The notes below the pieces were generated by a model. The model did not search any database. It was not told the origin of the DNA and saw only the letters and a program-made list of their open reading frames with translations. From positions 1 to 64,000 of IMG/VR virus record IMGVR_UViG_3300025154_000069: a stretch of 64,000 bases of DNA. One strand, 5' to 3'. Source of the DNA: a virus. Of the stretch, positions 9,061 through 18,487 are shown one piece after another. The translations under genes and the position numbers were made by a program. The stretch's first letter is position 1. Each line of letters starts with the position of its first letter.

Positions 9061-9466
9061 TAACGGTGACTTGGTTCAGTACCTCGGAACGGGTAGAATG
9101 TATAGGATTGTTTCTGTAAAAGACCAAACTTCGATAAGGATAGCAGCATTTGGAGGTAATGATTCTAAGGAGTTTGATACGGATAAGAATAATATAAAGA
9201 GGTTCTTGGTGCAGATAAATGAAAGAATAAATTTTCAAGCTGAGATTATGACTGTTACGGGGTATAATTGGGATAATACCACACAGGTTATGAACAGTAC
9301 CAAGGTTGGGGGAAGCAAGAGTGTTAATAAACCTGTTAAGTCAAAGTACAGTTATGTTGCCACTACCCTAAATGGTACAAAGAAACACATACCTACCACC
9401 GAGACCAATTTTGAGTTCACGAATTTTTTTCCAGTAGTGGTTGACGACCCGGACTTACCATTTTAA
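9044..9466 (+). CDS. Tandem KOW/SH3-like paralogue 5 with an SSB-like acidic DLPF tail
   Basis: FNNGDLV ... IKRFLVQINERI; ends DDPDLPF. Confidence 0.65.
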   Translation: MKYGFNNGDLVQYLGTGRMYRIVSVKDQTSIRIAAFGGNDSKEFDTDKNNIKRFLVQINERINFQAEIMTVTGYNWDNTTQVMNSTKVGGSKSVNKPVKSKYSYVATTLNGTKKHIPTTETNFEFTNFFPVVVDDPDLPF

Positions 9467-9480
9467 TAAATAAAGTTACT

Positions 9481-9621
9481 ATGAAAATACCTAAAAAAAC
9501 CACTTCATCGCCGGCCATTCAAGGCAATGAGCAAAAAATTAAGGTTTGTCTTGCGCAAAGGAAATACCCTTGTAAAATGGACGGTAAAATCTATTGTCCT
9601 AAATGCAAGGAATATGTATAA
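9481..9621 (+). CDS. Possible 46-aa Cys-rich peptide (not in ORF track)
   Basis: MKIPKK...KVCLAQRKYPCKMDGKIYCPKCKEYV*; ATG with A-rich context 14 nt after the upstream stop. Confidence 0.45.
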   Translation: MKIPKKTTSSPAIQGNEQKIKVCLAQRKYPCKMDGKIYCPKCKEYV

Positions 9622-9720
9622 CAAACCGTTTTTGCGGCCGTTTTTCACGGCATTGCCTTGAATGATCCGGCATGTAAGTGGAGTTCGGGCGAACCGTTCG
9701 GAGAACGGCATTGCCTTGAA
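9500..9720. repeat. Inverted plus direct repeat element upstream of the terminase
   Basis: CATTCAAGGCAATG (9516-9529) is complementary to 9651-9664; ACGGCATTGCCTTGAA is directly repeated at 9647 and 9705. Confidence 0.8.
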
Positions 9721-9874
9721 CGGTGAAGCATACACGAAGTTGGTGCAGGTGGAAGTGTGAAAGCTATAAGAGGAAAGAGGATAAGGAGCTGTCGATGTTT
9801 AATAAATTTTATCGAAACTAAGGCTTAGTAAAATCAAAAAGTAAAATTTTTATACGATATATAATTTTATGTTT

Positions 9875-9882
9875 TATATTTG
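9875..9882 (+). promoter_or_regulatory. Bacteroidota -7 promoter element for the terminase operon
   Basis: TATATTTG 21 nt before ATG 9904; -33 box imperfect. Confidence 0.55.
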
Positions 9883-9903
9883 TCTGTTGTAATCAGCAAA
9901 CAA

Positions 9904-12672
9904 ATGTCCGAAGAAGTAAAACATAAAGTGAAGCCCCAAGAGGAGAGTTATTCCTTTGAAACAAAGGGGGAGAAGATAGATGTAGAGAAAGAGGTAAAGA
10001 ATATTGCAACCTCATTTGACCCGTACAAACTGACACAGGCATTGATGCTCTTAGGTCAGAAGATGTACGGGTTAGACTTATACGCTTATCAGTACGCCCC
10101 AAGTTTCCGTATTATTTATTCGATGTTGGTTAATGATGGTTCAGATATAACACTTCACTTTGCCCGGCAGTGTATAGCTAAGGGGCAGATAATTTATGAT
10201 CGAAACGGTCACATACTACCCATAGAGCTACATAAAGATAGTTGGAAAACGGGGGATAACAGAAAAATATACTCTACTAAAGGTCTTAGGGGATATGAAA
10301 CATTTACTACTGACAACCACCCGTTTTTTACCCCCGATGGGTGGAAAGAACAAAAAGACATAAGGGTTGGGGATAAAATAGCGGTTCTTAAAAGAGATGT
10401 TAGGTTCGGGGATAATGTTGTACCCTTTAAGTATACTAAGTACATAAATGCATATTCACCACCCGAGGTAAAAGAGGGCAGTCGTCATATGGATTTGGAA
10501 TTATCTGAACTTCTCGGGTGGCTGACTGCCGATGGGTCAGTCAAAAAAGGACAGTCTATAAAATTTACAAACACCAATAAAGATTATTTAGATAGGGTTC
10601 AATTTTTAGTCGAGAAAAATTTTCCCGATATAACTACTAAGACCTACCCAAAAGGAAATGCGTACGATCTTCTATTTACTACAGGTAAAAAAGACAGGTT
10701 TAATACTCTAAAAGATTGGGTACAAGAGATGGCTTTTGTTGAAGGATTTCCTACTGCTGTAAACTATCTTGATAAAGATAATCTTAGTTCTTTTTTTAGG
10801 GGTATGTACCCTGCTGATGGGTATGTATGCATAAAAAATAACAGGGGTGGAAGTGGCACACAGGAATATGAGTGTGGTTTATCTTGTGGTAATTCTTACT
10901 TACTTGCCCAATATGTCCGGGAATTTTTAAATAAGTTGGGTATCCGGGGGAGGATAAAAACAGAGGTCATGAAAAAGCACACTCCCGGAGAAACATTTAA
11001 AAGGGTTGTATTCACAGGCAACACAAATGCAATAATTTTTAGGGATACCATAGGGTGCATATTAGGTAAGAAAAACCCCCCCGTGTATAGAGAATTATCT
11101 TCAATAAAGAGAAGGAAGATAGTCGATGAAATTATTGGTGATGATGGAGAGGTAATGGAGTTTGTTAGGGTTATATCTACGGGGTATTCTCATGATGGAG
11201 AGGTTTGGGATATTAGGGTTCCCGATAAAGGGTGGTTTTTAGCCAACGGCATAAAGGTGCATAATTCTGGTAAGAGCGAAGTTGTTTCTTTTGTGTCAAT
11301 TACGGTCGGTGTATTTTTCCCCGTGCTTGCCAAGGTTTTCACTAAGGATTTGGGTCACTTCAAAAACGGGGTAAAAATGGGTATCATAGCACCCCAATTA
11401 GATCAGGTTGAAACGGTTTATTCAAGATGCTTGGAAAGACTTTGGCAAGACAGTACGATAGAGTTCATGTCTGATTCGGATATTAATGACTCACCAACGA
11501 GTATAAGAGATTTTAGACTAAAGTCCGGGAGCTTTTTAAAGGCACAATCCGGAGCCAAACAGAGTAAGATTGAAAGTAAAACCTACCACATAGTGTTTCT
11601 CGATGAAGCACAAGATTTAGACGATAGAAAAATACGGAAGTCGGTGCGCCCGATGTTAGCGAGTACCTTTGGAACTATGGTTCGTATCGGTACTTCTACC
11701 TACACGATGAATGACTTTTACAGGCGTATTGTGGCTAACAAAATTTATGATGCAAAACTGAGGAGCACGGTGGATAAAGAAACTAAAAAGCTTCATTACA
11801 GTTATGATGCCGACCAAGTAATCCGGGCTAAAAGAGATCAATACAAAAAAGACGGTGTTCGCTTTCATATGCTCTATGAGAAATCTGTGGAGCAGGATAA
11901 GAGGGATATGGGGGAAAATTCGGATGAGTTTAGGCTGTCATACCGCCTACATTGGCTTTTTTCAACAGGTATGTTTACATCACTTGACAACTTAACCGAA
12001 TATTGCTACAGGAAAATACCTGTAATAAGTAAAATAAAAGGAACCGAATTTGAAAACACGTTCAATATTGCGGGTCTCGACATAGCAAAAGCGGCTGCAT
12101 CTACGGTGCTAACCCTTGGTAATGTTAAGGAACCTGTTACTGAGTTTGGGGAGCGTGGGCTTAAACGGGTGTTTGGTTGGTTGGAATTTCCCGGACTTGA
12201 TTATGCTTTGCAGTTGCAATACATTATAAATGCCCTTGTCGAATATAGGGTAAGGGTTTTATTCATGGATTATACGGGTGTCGGGGTTGCTCTTGGAGAT
12301 TTGATTATGTATCATTTATCGGAACATATCAATATAATTCCTTACCCATTCAGCTCGAAATCTAAGTCGGAGATGTGGAAAACACTTGATGAGGACATGG
12401 AGGCAAGATTGGTAGCAATCCCACATGATAAAAAGACGGTTGATACCATAGAGTTCAGAAACTTTGAAGAGCAAATGCTCGCATTGTCAAAGGGTTGGAA
12501 TGGTGGCTACATGGTGTGTGAAAAAACTTCCGGATTTAAAGACGATTATTGTGATAGTCTCGCTCTCTTTAATCTTGCCGGAAACTTTATATATGAGGAA
12601 ACAGTACAGGCGAGGGTGGATAAAAGCCCCTTCTATGCATCGGTTAAATCTTACTCGAAGAGCAGTTGGTAA
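9904..12672 (+). CDS. terL: Terminase large subunit, intein-containing
   Basis: Spliced Walker A ARQ|SGKS, Walker B VFLDEAQ, nuclease motifs GLDIA and DDYCDS; precedes the portal. Confidence 0.92.
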   Translation: MSEEVKHKVKPQEESYSFETKGEKIDVEKEVKNIATSFDPYKLTQALMLLGQKMYGLDLYAYQYAPSFRIIYSMLVNDGSDITLHFARQCIAKGQIIYDRNGHILPIELHKDSWKTGDNRKIYSTKGLRGYETFTTDNHPFFTPDGWKEQKDIRVGDKIAVLKRDVRFGDNVVPFKYTKYINAYSPPEVKEGSRHMDLELSELLGWLTADGSVKKGQSIKFTNTNKDYLDRVQFLVEKNFPDITTKTYPKGNAYDLLFTTGKKDRFNTLKDWVQEMAFVEGFPTAVNYLDKDNLSSFFRGMYPADGYVCIKNNRGGSGTQEYECGLSCGNSYLLAQYVREFLNKLGIRGRIKTEVMKKHTPGETFKRVVFTGNTNAIIFRDTIGCILGKKNPPVYRELSSIKRRKIVDEIIGDDGEVMEFVRVISTGYSHDGEVWDIRVPDKGWFLANGIKVHNSGKSEVVSFVSITVGVFFPVLAKVFTKDLGHFKNGVKMGIIAPQLDQVETVYSRCLERLWQDSTIEFMSDSDINDSPTSIRDFRLKSGSFLKAQSGAKQSKIESKTYHIVFLDEAQDLDDRKIRKSVRPMLASTFGTMVRIGTSTYTMNDFYRRIVANKIYDAKLRSTVDKETKKLHYSYDADQVIRAKRDQYKKDGVRFHMLYEKSVEQDKRDMGENSDEFRLSYRLHWLFSTGMFTSLDNLTEYCYRKIPVISKIKGTEFENTFNIAGLDIAKAAASTVLTLGNVKEPVTEFGERGLKRVFGWLEFPGLDYALQLQYIINALVEYRVRVLFMDYTGVGVALGDLIMYHLSEHINIIPYPFSSKSKSEMWKTLDEDMEARLVAIPHDKKTVDTIEFRNFEEQMLALSKGWNGGYMVCEKTSGFKDDYCDSLALFNLAGNFIYEETVQARVDKSPFYASVKSYSKSSW
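10171..11265 (+). mobile_element. Intein with LAGLIDADG homing endonuclease in terL (365 aa)
   Basis: N-term CIAKG, block B TDNHPF, LLGWLTADG and FRGMYPADG, C-term VHN|S. Confidence 0.95.
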
Positions 12673-12691
12673 AACAAAAAATTAAAAACTA

Positions 12692-14158
12692 ATGATAAAG
12701 GATAGGGTCAACAACTATAACACTACAAACACAGATGGTACGATAATGCTTCAATCATTTGTGCACAACAACGTGTATAATGAAAATAGCGATCTGGTTA
12801 AAAAGTTAGCCTTTTATCGGCTTGCGTACAAGTTTTATGACAATGAACATTGGGCTAAAAACAATGAAAAACTTTTGAGCTTTAACTACATCAGAGCCAT
12901 TATAAACAAGGTTAATGAGTTTACGATAGGAAGGAACGGATTTGAGGTAAACATAGAGAATATCTATGGAGATGCGGTTGAGGAAGAAGTTGAAAAGGCT
13001 ATGGAGGCCAATGTAAACTTTATCTGGAATGCACACAATAAAAGAAAGATACTCGGAGAGATACTACAAATGGGTGGGGTAACGGGTGATTGTTATGTGT
13101 TGGTATATTTAGATGTTAAGAACTACAGGCCGGGTATAAAAATACTTGATTCAAGGTATACGGTTCCCATTTTCTCTCCCGGGAGTCAGACAGAGGTTAT
13201 AGGGTATAGGTTTGTTGAGATACTTAAAAACCACTCGAAGAAATATGTTCAAAAAGTTACCGAGTACACAGACGAAAAAACTATCACATACTTTGTTGAG
13301 AAAGTTGGTTCTTCTGATAGATTTGAATTAGAGGAAGCAGAGAATCTGTTTTCAATTAACCCCGTTGTTCACATAGAAAACATGGTAAATTCTTTCGGGT
13401 ATGGTGGTAACAGTGATGCTATTGACATTTTAAAACTTAACAAGATTTATAATGAAGCTGCCGAAGATGTCAGAACGGTTATTGATTACTACGGAACTCC
13501 CGTAACCGTTATAACAGGGGCGGTGGTCAGTGATCTTAAAAGAGGTGTCGGTGAGGTTTGGTCTGGATTACCACAAGGTTCTACTGTTGCTAACTTGAAT
13601 CTTGATGCAGACTTAAATTCAAATTTCAGGTACTTAGAAACAATAAGGCAAGCCATACATGATTTAACAGGTGTTCCACAAGAGGTATTATCCAAGGTGC
13701 AACACATAAGCAACACTTCATCGGCTGCACTAAAGATGCTGTATCATTCTTTGGTTATGGCTGCGGACAGGAAAATAACAACGTACTCTGAGGGTATTGC
13801 CGAGATAAATAAACGGATAAATATTTACAGCGTTGTATTTGTTACAACAAACCCTATGGCCAAGAAGTTTTATGGAACTTTGGCAGCAGCAGGTAAGGTT
13901 TCCAATGTTGCCGATTACAGGACTGTTCCTGTTTTTGAATATGGTTTCCCGAACGACAGGATGGTACAACTTCAAGAGATTACGCTCGAACTTAACGGAA
14001 AGATCGGTAGCCGAAGAGAGGCTATGGAAAAATTGGGTAAAAAGAATATTCCAAAAATACTTGCCGAGATAGATGAAGATGTTGAATTTATGAAGAACGC
14101 TCAGCCGGAGATGGGTGTTCAACAACCACAAATCGGGGTCGCACAAGAAACTTTATAG
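12692..14158 (+). CDS. Portal protein (SPP1 gp6-like)
   Basis: 488 aa after terL; NPVVHIEN, SNTSSAALKMLY, largely helical. Confidence 0.85.
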   Translation: MIKDRVNNYNTTNTDGTIMLQSFVHNNVYNENSDLVKKLAFYRLAYKFYDNEHWAKNNEKLLSFNYIRAIINKVNEFTIGRNGFEVNIENIYGDAVEEEVEKAMEANVNFIWNAHNKRKILGEILQMGGVTGDCYVLVYLDVKNYRPGIKILDSRYTVPIFSPGSQTEVIGYRFVEILKNHSKKYVQKVTEYTDEKTITYFVEKVGSSDRFELEEAENLFSINPVVHIENMVNSFGYGGNSDAIDILKLNKIYNEAAEDVRTVIDYYGTPVTVITGAVVSDLKRGVGEVWSGLPQGSTVANLNLDADLNSNFRYLETIRQAIHDLTGVPQEVLSKVQHISNTSSAALKMLYHSLVMAADRKITTYSEGIAEINKRINIYSVVFVTTNPMAKKFYGTLAAAGKVSNVADYRTVPVFEYGFPNDRMVQLQEITLELNGKIGSRREAMEKLGKKNIPKILAEIDEDVEFMKNAQPEMGVQQPQIGVAQETL

Positions 14159-14174
14159 TGAAACATAAAATAAA

Positions 14175-14207
14175 TTTGTATTTTTAAGTTTTATTTTCAT
14201 AACTTTG
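14175..14207 (+). promoter_or_regulatory. Bacteroidota promoter for the head operon
   Basis: TTTG-N21-TAACTTTG. Confidence 0.75.
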
Positions 14208-14248
14208 TAATCACTATTAAGACTAATTAATAACTAAATTGTAAACAA

Positions 14249-14392
14249 ATGAAAAATTTACCTCAAGGACAAAAAGACGGTCTTGTTGACGATAACAAAA
14301 GAGGTTTCGTTAAGAAAGAAAACCGCAAAACGGGTGCATTAAAGGATGCTTCCGAGAAACTGAAAGAAAGTCGAACTAACTACAAAGGGTAA
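14249..14392 (+). CDS. Small basic 47-aa protein (not in ORF track)
   Basis: MKNLPQGQKDGLVDDNKRGFVKKENRKTGALKDASEKLKESRTNYKG*; first ORF after the head promoter. Confidence 0.65.
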   Translation: MKNLPQGQKDGLVDDNKRGFVKKENRKTGALKDASEKLKESRTNYKG

Positions 14393-14423
14393 TTCACCCC
14401 GCTAAAAATGGAGGAACTAAATT

Positions 14424-15314
14424 ATGGTAGACAAAATAACTATTGGCGGAGTTGAATATGTGGTTAAAGACCACCCGGAGTTGTTAAAGATGATCGAAGG
14501 AATACGCACAGAGGAAAAAGATAAACTGTATTCTGATATTGCTAAATACAAGACAGAAATAGCACAGCTTAAAAAAGATGGTGAAACCAAAAATGACACC
14601 AAAATTAAAGAGTTGGAAAAACAGTTGGAAGAGGCAACAAAAAACAAGGATGGTATCATGACCGAACTTGGCTCAGTAAAAGAAGAATTGAAAAAGTTGG
14701 CAGCACAAAAGAAAAAACCCGCTAAATCGGATGATGATGGTGATGGTGGCGAGGGTAAAAAAGAACCTGATCTTGACAGTATGAAGAAAATGATTTCGGA
14801 ACTCTTAGGGGAAAGCAGTAAAAAGCAACTCGAACTCGTTGAAGCATTACAAAAAAAGATTGATGAATTAGAGGGTAATAGCAAGAAATTCATGGCTGAA
14901 TCTTACCGTGAGAAACTTATTGCAGAACACAAGGGATTTATAATTCCTGAGTTCTTACGTGGTAGTAGCAAAGAAGAATTAGATGCTTCATTAGTTGAGG
15001 CATTGCAATCAAGCAAGAAGTATATCACCGTTGATGACGGAAAAGGTAAGAGGATTACGTTGGAAGAGAAAGAAAAAGTCGAAGGTAAAGTACCCGCAGG
15101 AACAGGCAGTGCCGGTTCTGGTGGTGCAGACCCAAACAATGCTCTTATGGAATTGTTACAAAAGGCTTTTAAATCTCCTCCGGCAGGTCAAAATGGTGGT
15201 GAAACCATCGTTAAAGAAATAAGTGAAGTTAAATCGGCAGATTGGGAAAAAGAGAAAGAGGGTATAAAAGCTCAGCTCATAGAAGAAGCCCGATTGGCCA
15301 GAGAGAAAAAGTAA
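14424..15314 (+). CDS. Capsid scaffolding protein
   Basis: Charged coiled-coil directly upstream of the capsid gene. Confidence 0.75.
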   Translation: MVDKITIGGVEYVVKDHPELLKMIEGIRTEEKDKLYSDIAKYKTEIAQLKKDGETKNDTKIKELEKQLEEATKNKDGIMTELGSVKEELKKLAAQKKKPAKSDDDGDGGEGKKEPDLDSMKKMISELLGESSKKQLELVEALQKKIDELEGNSKKFMAESYREKLIAEHKGFIIPEFLRGSSKEELDASLVEALQSSKKYITVDDGKGKRITLEEKEKVEGKVPAGTGSAGSGGADPNNALMELLQKAFKSPPAGQNGGETIVKEISEVKSADWEKEKEGIKAQLIEEARLAREKK

Positions 15315-15355
15315 ATTGAGGAAGTTTTCATTAAAAGTCTATAATAAAAAATATC

Positions 15356-16273
15356 ATGGCTGACGGAACAACATTATCAACTGATTTGAGTTCATCAACG
15401 AGAGAATTTTACTCACGTGAGATACTTGAGAAAGCAAGACCAAATTTGGTGTTTTACCAATTTGCAAAAAAGAAAAACGACCTGACAAAAGAGCCGGGTG
15501 ACACTATTACGTTTACAAGATTCGCTGATTTATCGGAAGGTGCAGAACTTGACGAAGGAGTAAAACTGAGCGAAGAAAAAATGGATGATGAAGATGTAAA
15601 AATCGTAGTCACAGAGTATGGTAAAGCTACAGCAGTTAGTGAAAAAGCCTTAGTAACTAACACCTTTGACGTTCTTGATGAGACGGCTGTTAAATTATCT
15701 AAATCCTACACAAAAACCTTGGATAGTAAAATCCGTGATGCTGCCTTACTCACAACCAATCATGTTTATGGTGGTTTGAATGTAAGTGCAGCCGATTTAG
15801 CATCTTTGACAGATGATAAATTGACGGTTGATGTTATCAGAGAAGCTGTAAAGGTACTCGAAGAAAACGATGCCCCGAAGATCAACGGTGAATACTACAT
15901 TTGCGTAGCAACCCCTCACCAATTACGTTACTTGAAAACTGATTCCGCTTGGTTCAACGCTAATGCGTATGCAGGAACCAGAAACATCTTTACAGGTGAA
16001 GTAGGTATGATTGACGGTGTTATTTTCATTTCAACTACCCAAATGCCGAAACTTACCGCAGCTCAAAGTTTAGCGAAGTATGGCTGTAATGTAGCCACTT
16101 ACGAAGCTATTCTTTTTGGTGAAAACGCTTTCGCTTATGCAGAAGCATTGCCGGTTGAGTTAAGAGAAGGAGATGAAACCGACTACGGAAGAAAACACGG
16201 GTTGGCTTGGTACTCTATCTTCGGTGCAGGATTACTTGACGAGGACTATATTGTGTCAATCGTAACCATGTAA
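15356..16273 (+). CDS. Major capsid protein (N4 gp56-like, HK97 fold)
   Basis: PGDTITF, EYGKA, GEVGMIDGVIF, DYGRKHGLAWY; followed by a terminator. Confidence 0.9.
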   Translation: MADGTTLSTDLSSSTREFYSREILEKARPNLVFYQFAKKKNDLTKEPGDTITFTRFADLSEGAELDEGVKLSEEKMDDEDVKIVVTEYGKATAVSEKALVTNTFDVLDETAVKLSKSYTKTLDSKIRDAALLTTNHVYGGLNVSAADLASLTDDKLTVDVIREAVKVLEENDAPKINGEYYICVATPHQLRYLKTDSAWFNANAYAGTRNIFTGEVGMIDGVIFISTTQMPKLTAAQSLAKYGCNVATYEAILFGENAFAYAEALPVELREGDETDYGRKHGLAWYSIFGAGLLDEDYIVSIVTM

Positions 16274-16288
16274 AAATATTTTTGAAAC

Positions 16289-16315
16289 AAAGGGTATGCT
16301 TTGAGTATACCCTTT
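16289..16315 (+). terminator. Hairpin or terminator after the capsid gene
   Basis: AAAGGGTATGC...GTATACCCTTT stem. Confidence 0.65.
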
Positions 16316-16343
16316 ATTCTATTCACCACTAAATTTTAGTATC

Positions 16344-16745
16344 ATGCCAAAAACAGATAGCCCAAAGGAACAAAAACCAAAGGCAGTAGTAACGGAAGAA
16401 GCTCTTGACGTAAAAGAGGCAGTTGAAAAGGTAGAAGAAATTCTCGAAGAGTCTGCTGTTAAAAAAGAAGCGGAAGAGGTAAAAGAACCCGAAGAAAAGA
16501 AAGAACCCGAAAAGAAAGAACAACCCAAAAAAGAAACCGTGAAAAAAGAAGTTGAAAAACCAGAAGAAGTTGTTGCTGTTGAGTCTAAGAACAAGGCTGC
16601 AATGTGCAAAGTAATTTTCGTTAAAAAGCACAGAATGAATGTCGGTGGTTTTGAAGTTGTTGAATACAAGAAGGGAGACCGGGCAGAAATGGAAAGACAT
16701 TTGGGTATTAAACTGATGAACAGAGGTATTGTTACAGTAATTTAA
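16344..16745 (+). CDS. Hypothetical virion-associated protein (K/E-rich N-terminus, small C-terminal domain)
   Basis: Position after the capsid gene. Confidence 0.6.
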   Translation: MPKTDSPKEQKPKAVVTEEALDVKEAVEKVEEILEESAVKKEAEEVKEPEEKKEPEKKEQPKKETVKKEVEKPEEVVAVESKNKAAMCKVIFVKKHRMNVGGFEVVEYKKGDRAEMERHLGIKLMNRGIVTVI

Positions 16746-16759
16746 TAACCTATGTACCC

Positions 16760-17641
16760 ATGACGAACTATGAAAAACTCATAGAATACATAAGAGAGAA
16801 TATCCTCGACTTGAATCCTGTTAATGCTTTAAGAGTTATTAAACAGGATTTAGTTTTATCTATTTCGGCTACCGAACTCACAACTAAACTCGGTGATGCG
16901 GAACCGGTTGTTAAACCCTTATCTGAAATATCCAAACTGTACAAGGTAGTTACCTACTTTCAAAGTTTGGGGGTTGAGGTTAGGTTTTATGACTTATACA
17001 TTCCACTTACAGAGAGTACGAACTTATCCCCCATAACCGATGTTTCACTTTCATCAGAAGTGCCTTTAAAGATCAAAAACTTCTTTTCAATAGATCAGGT
17101 TCACTACAAGATAAATGAGTTTTTTAACTACAAATATCCGTATAGGGGTGCTGATTTTACGGCTGATGATTACTTTTTAAACCTGACGGATAAGGAGACG
17201 GAGTTCAACTCTTATGAAGATTTTGAGTTGCGGATTATAGCCTTGTGGGTTTCTTTCTTTTTGCTCGAAGATAAAAAGACCATACTTTATGCCTCACAGT
17301 CGTATGAAAATATTCAAGGTACTACCGAGGATTCTTATGTTAATACCGATAAACAGATAACTACCCGGATAAATGATGTGTTTACGATAACAGAAACCCC
17401 GAAGAAAGAAGAGGGTGATTCTGCGATCACATCAATTTGGGGTGACAGTGATGGATTTATTTCAAAGCTACAGTTGTCTATTCGTAACAAATATGAGAAG
17501 CTAAGCAATGATTTTTCCTTACGGAACAACCCGGTTATACAGTCTCAAATTCACTTAGAAAAACATTGGTTCCAACATGCGCACGATTACAAAGACCAAG
17601 ATACGGAGTTATCAAGGACTATTCCTTTCGAGAATAGATAA
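16760..17641 (+). CDS. Putative head-tail adaptor
   Basis: Synteny only. Confidence 0.45.
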   Translation: MTNYEKLIEYIRENILDLNPVNALRVIKQDLVLSISATELTTKLGDAEPVVKPLSEISKLYKVVTYFQSLGVEVRFYDLYIPLTESTNLSPITDVSLSSEVPLKIKNFFSIDQVHYKINEFFNYKYPYRGADFTADDYFLNLTDKETEFNSYEDFELRIIALWVSFFLLEDKKTILYASQSYENIQGTTEDSYVNTDKQITTRINDVFTITETPKKEEGDSAITSIWGDSDGFISKLQLSIRNKYEKLSNDFSLRNNPVIQSQIHLEKHWFQHAHDYKDQDTELSRTIPFENR

Positions 17642-18026
17642 CAGTTACAAAACTGTTGACTTGTTCTTTCCTTCCTTCACAGGTAAGGATTCCGAATCGT
17701 CATTTTTTGGTGACAATATTAAGAATTGGAACGGGAAGCTTACGCTGAAATGTTACTATGAAAAAAACATAAGCCCTAAGAAAAGAGAGAAGTTTGGTAT
17801 AGCTGACGAAATATCGGCTATTGTTTATGTTTCTCCAAAGGAGTTATACGAAAAAACGGGGAAGTACAGGCTTTCTAACCTGATTATGAAGAAAGCAACG
17901 GGTATAAAGGTTACATTTGACAGCCGTAATTATTCACTTGAAGAGATCATCGACAAAGAGAACACGGATAATGAGTCCTCAGAGTTTTCAATCGGTATTG
18001 AACTAAGACTAAAACAGGTTCCATAA
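17577..18026 (+). CDS. Putative head-closure (stopper) protein
   Basis: Synteny, beta-rich 149 aa. Confidence 0.45.
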   Translation: MRTITKTKIRSYQGLFLSRIDNSYKTVDLFFPSFTGKDSESSFFGDNIKNWNGKLTLKCYYEKNISPKKREKFGIADEISAIVYVSPKELYEKTGKYRLSNLIMKKATGIKVTFDSRNYSLEEIIDKENTDNESSEFSIGIELRLKQVP

Positions 18027-18487
18027 TGCACAGAATGACGGTCAATAAGGTAGGTAAGTATAAACCATTCATATTTTTTGAGTTGTTTAAAAACACCATG
18101 CGCCAAAGACTGCCTAAATTTGCTGCCGAAAAGTTTAAGGGTTTGCTACTTGATAACATCGACTCAAACAAATTCGGGTTCAAGTTGTCTGATAGGTGGC
18201 TTGCCTACAAAAAATTGCGTGGTTGGGATCAGCGACCGTTTATTGCCGAAGGTCATTATGTGGATGCAATATCTGTGTTCCACTATAACGGACACCTTAC
18301 CATAGGGTTTAAGAAATCGACAAGGCATCCGAGGAGTAAGATGATGATGTATGAGGTTGCTCAAATATTGGAGTTTGGTAGATTAGATCAGGGAATACCT
18401 GCAAGACCGTTGTGGCGGTATACGGCAGAGGAATTTTTTAAACGGTTCCCAGAGTATATAAAAGAAATTTTGCCGAGAAATGAATAA
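18026..18487 (+). CDS. Neck or tail completion protein (HK97 gp10-like)
   Basis: LEFG...IPARPLWR motif. Confidence 0.65.
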   Translation: MHRMTVNKVGKYKPFIFFELFKNTMRQRLPKFAAEKFKGLLLDNIDSNKFGFKLSDRWLAYKKLRGWDQRPFIAEGHYVDAISVFHYNGHLTIGFKKSTRHPRSKMMMYEVAQILEFGRLDQGIPARPLWRYTAEEFFKRFPEYIKEILPRNE

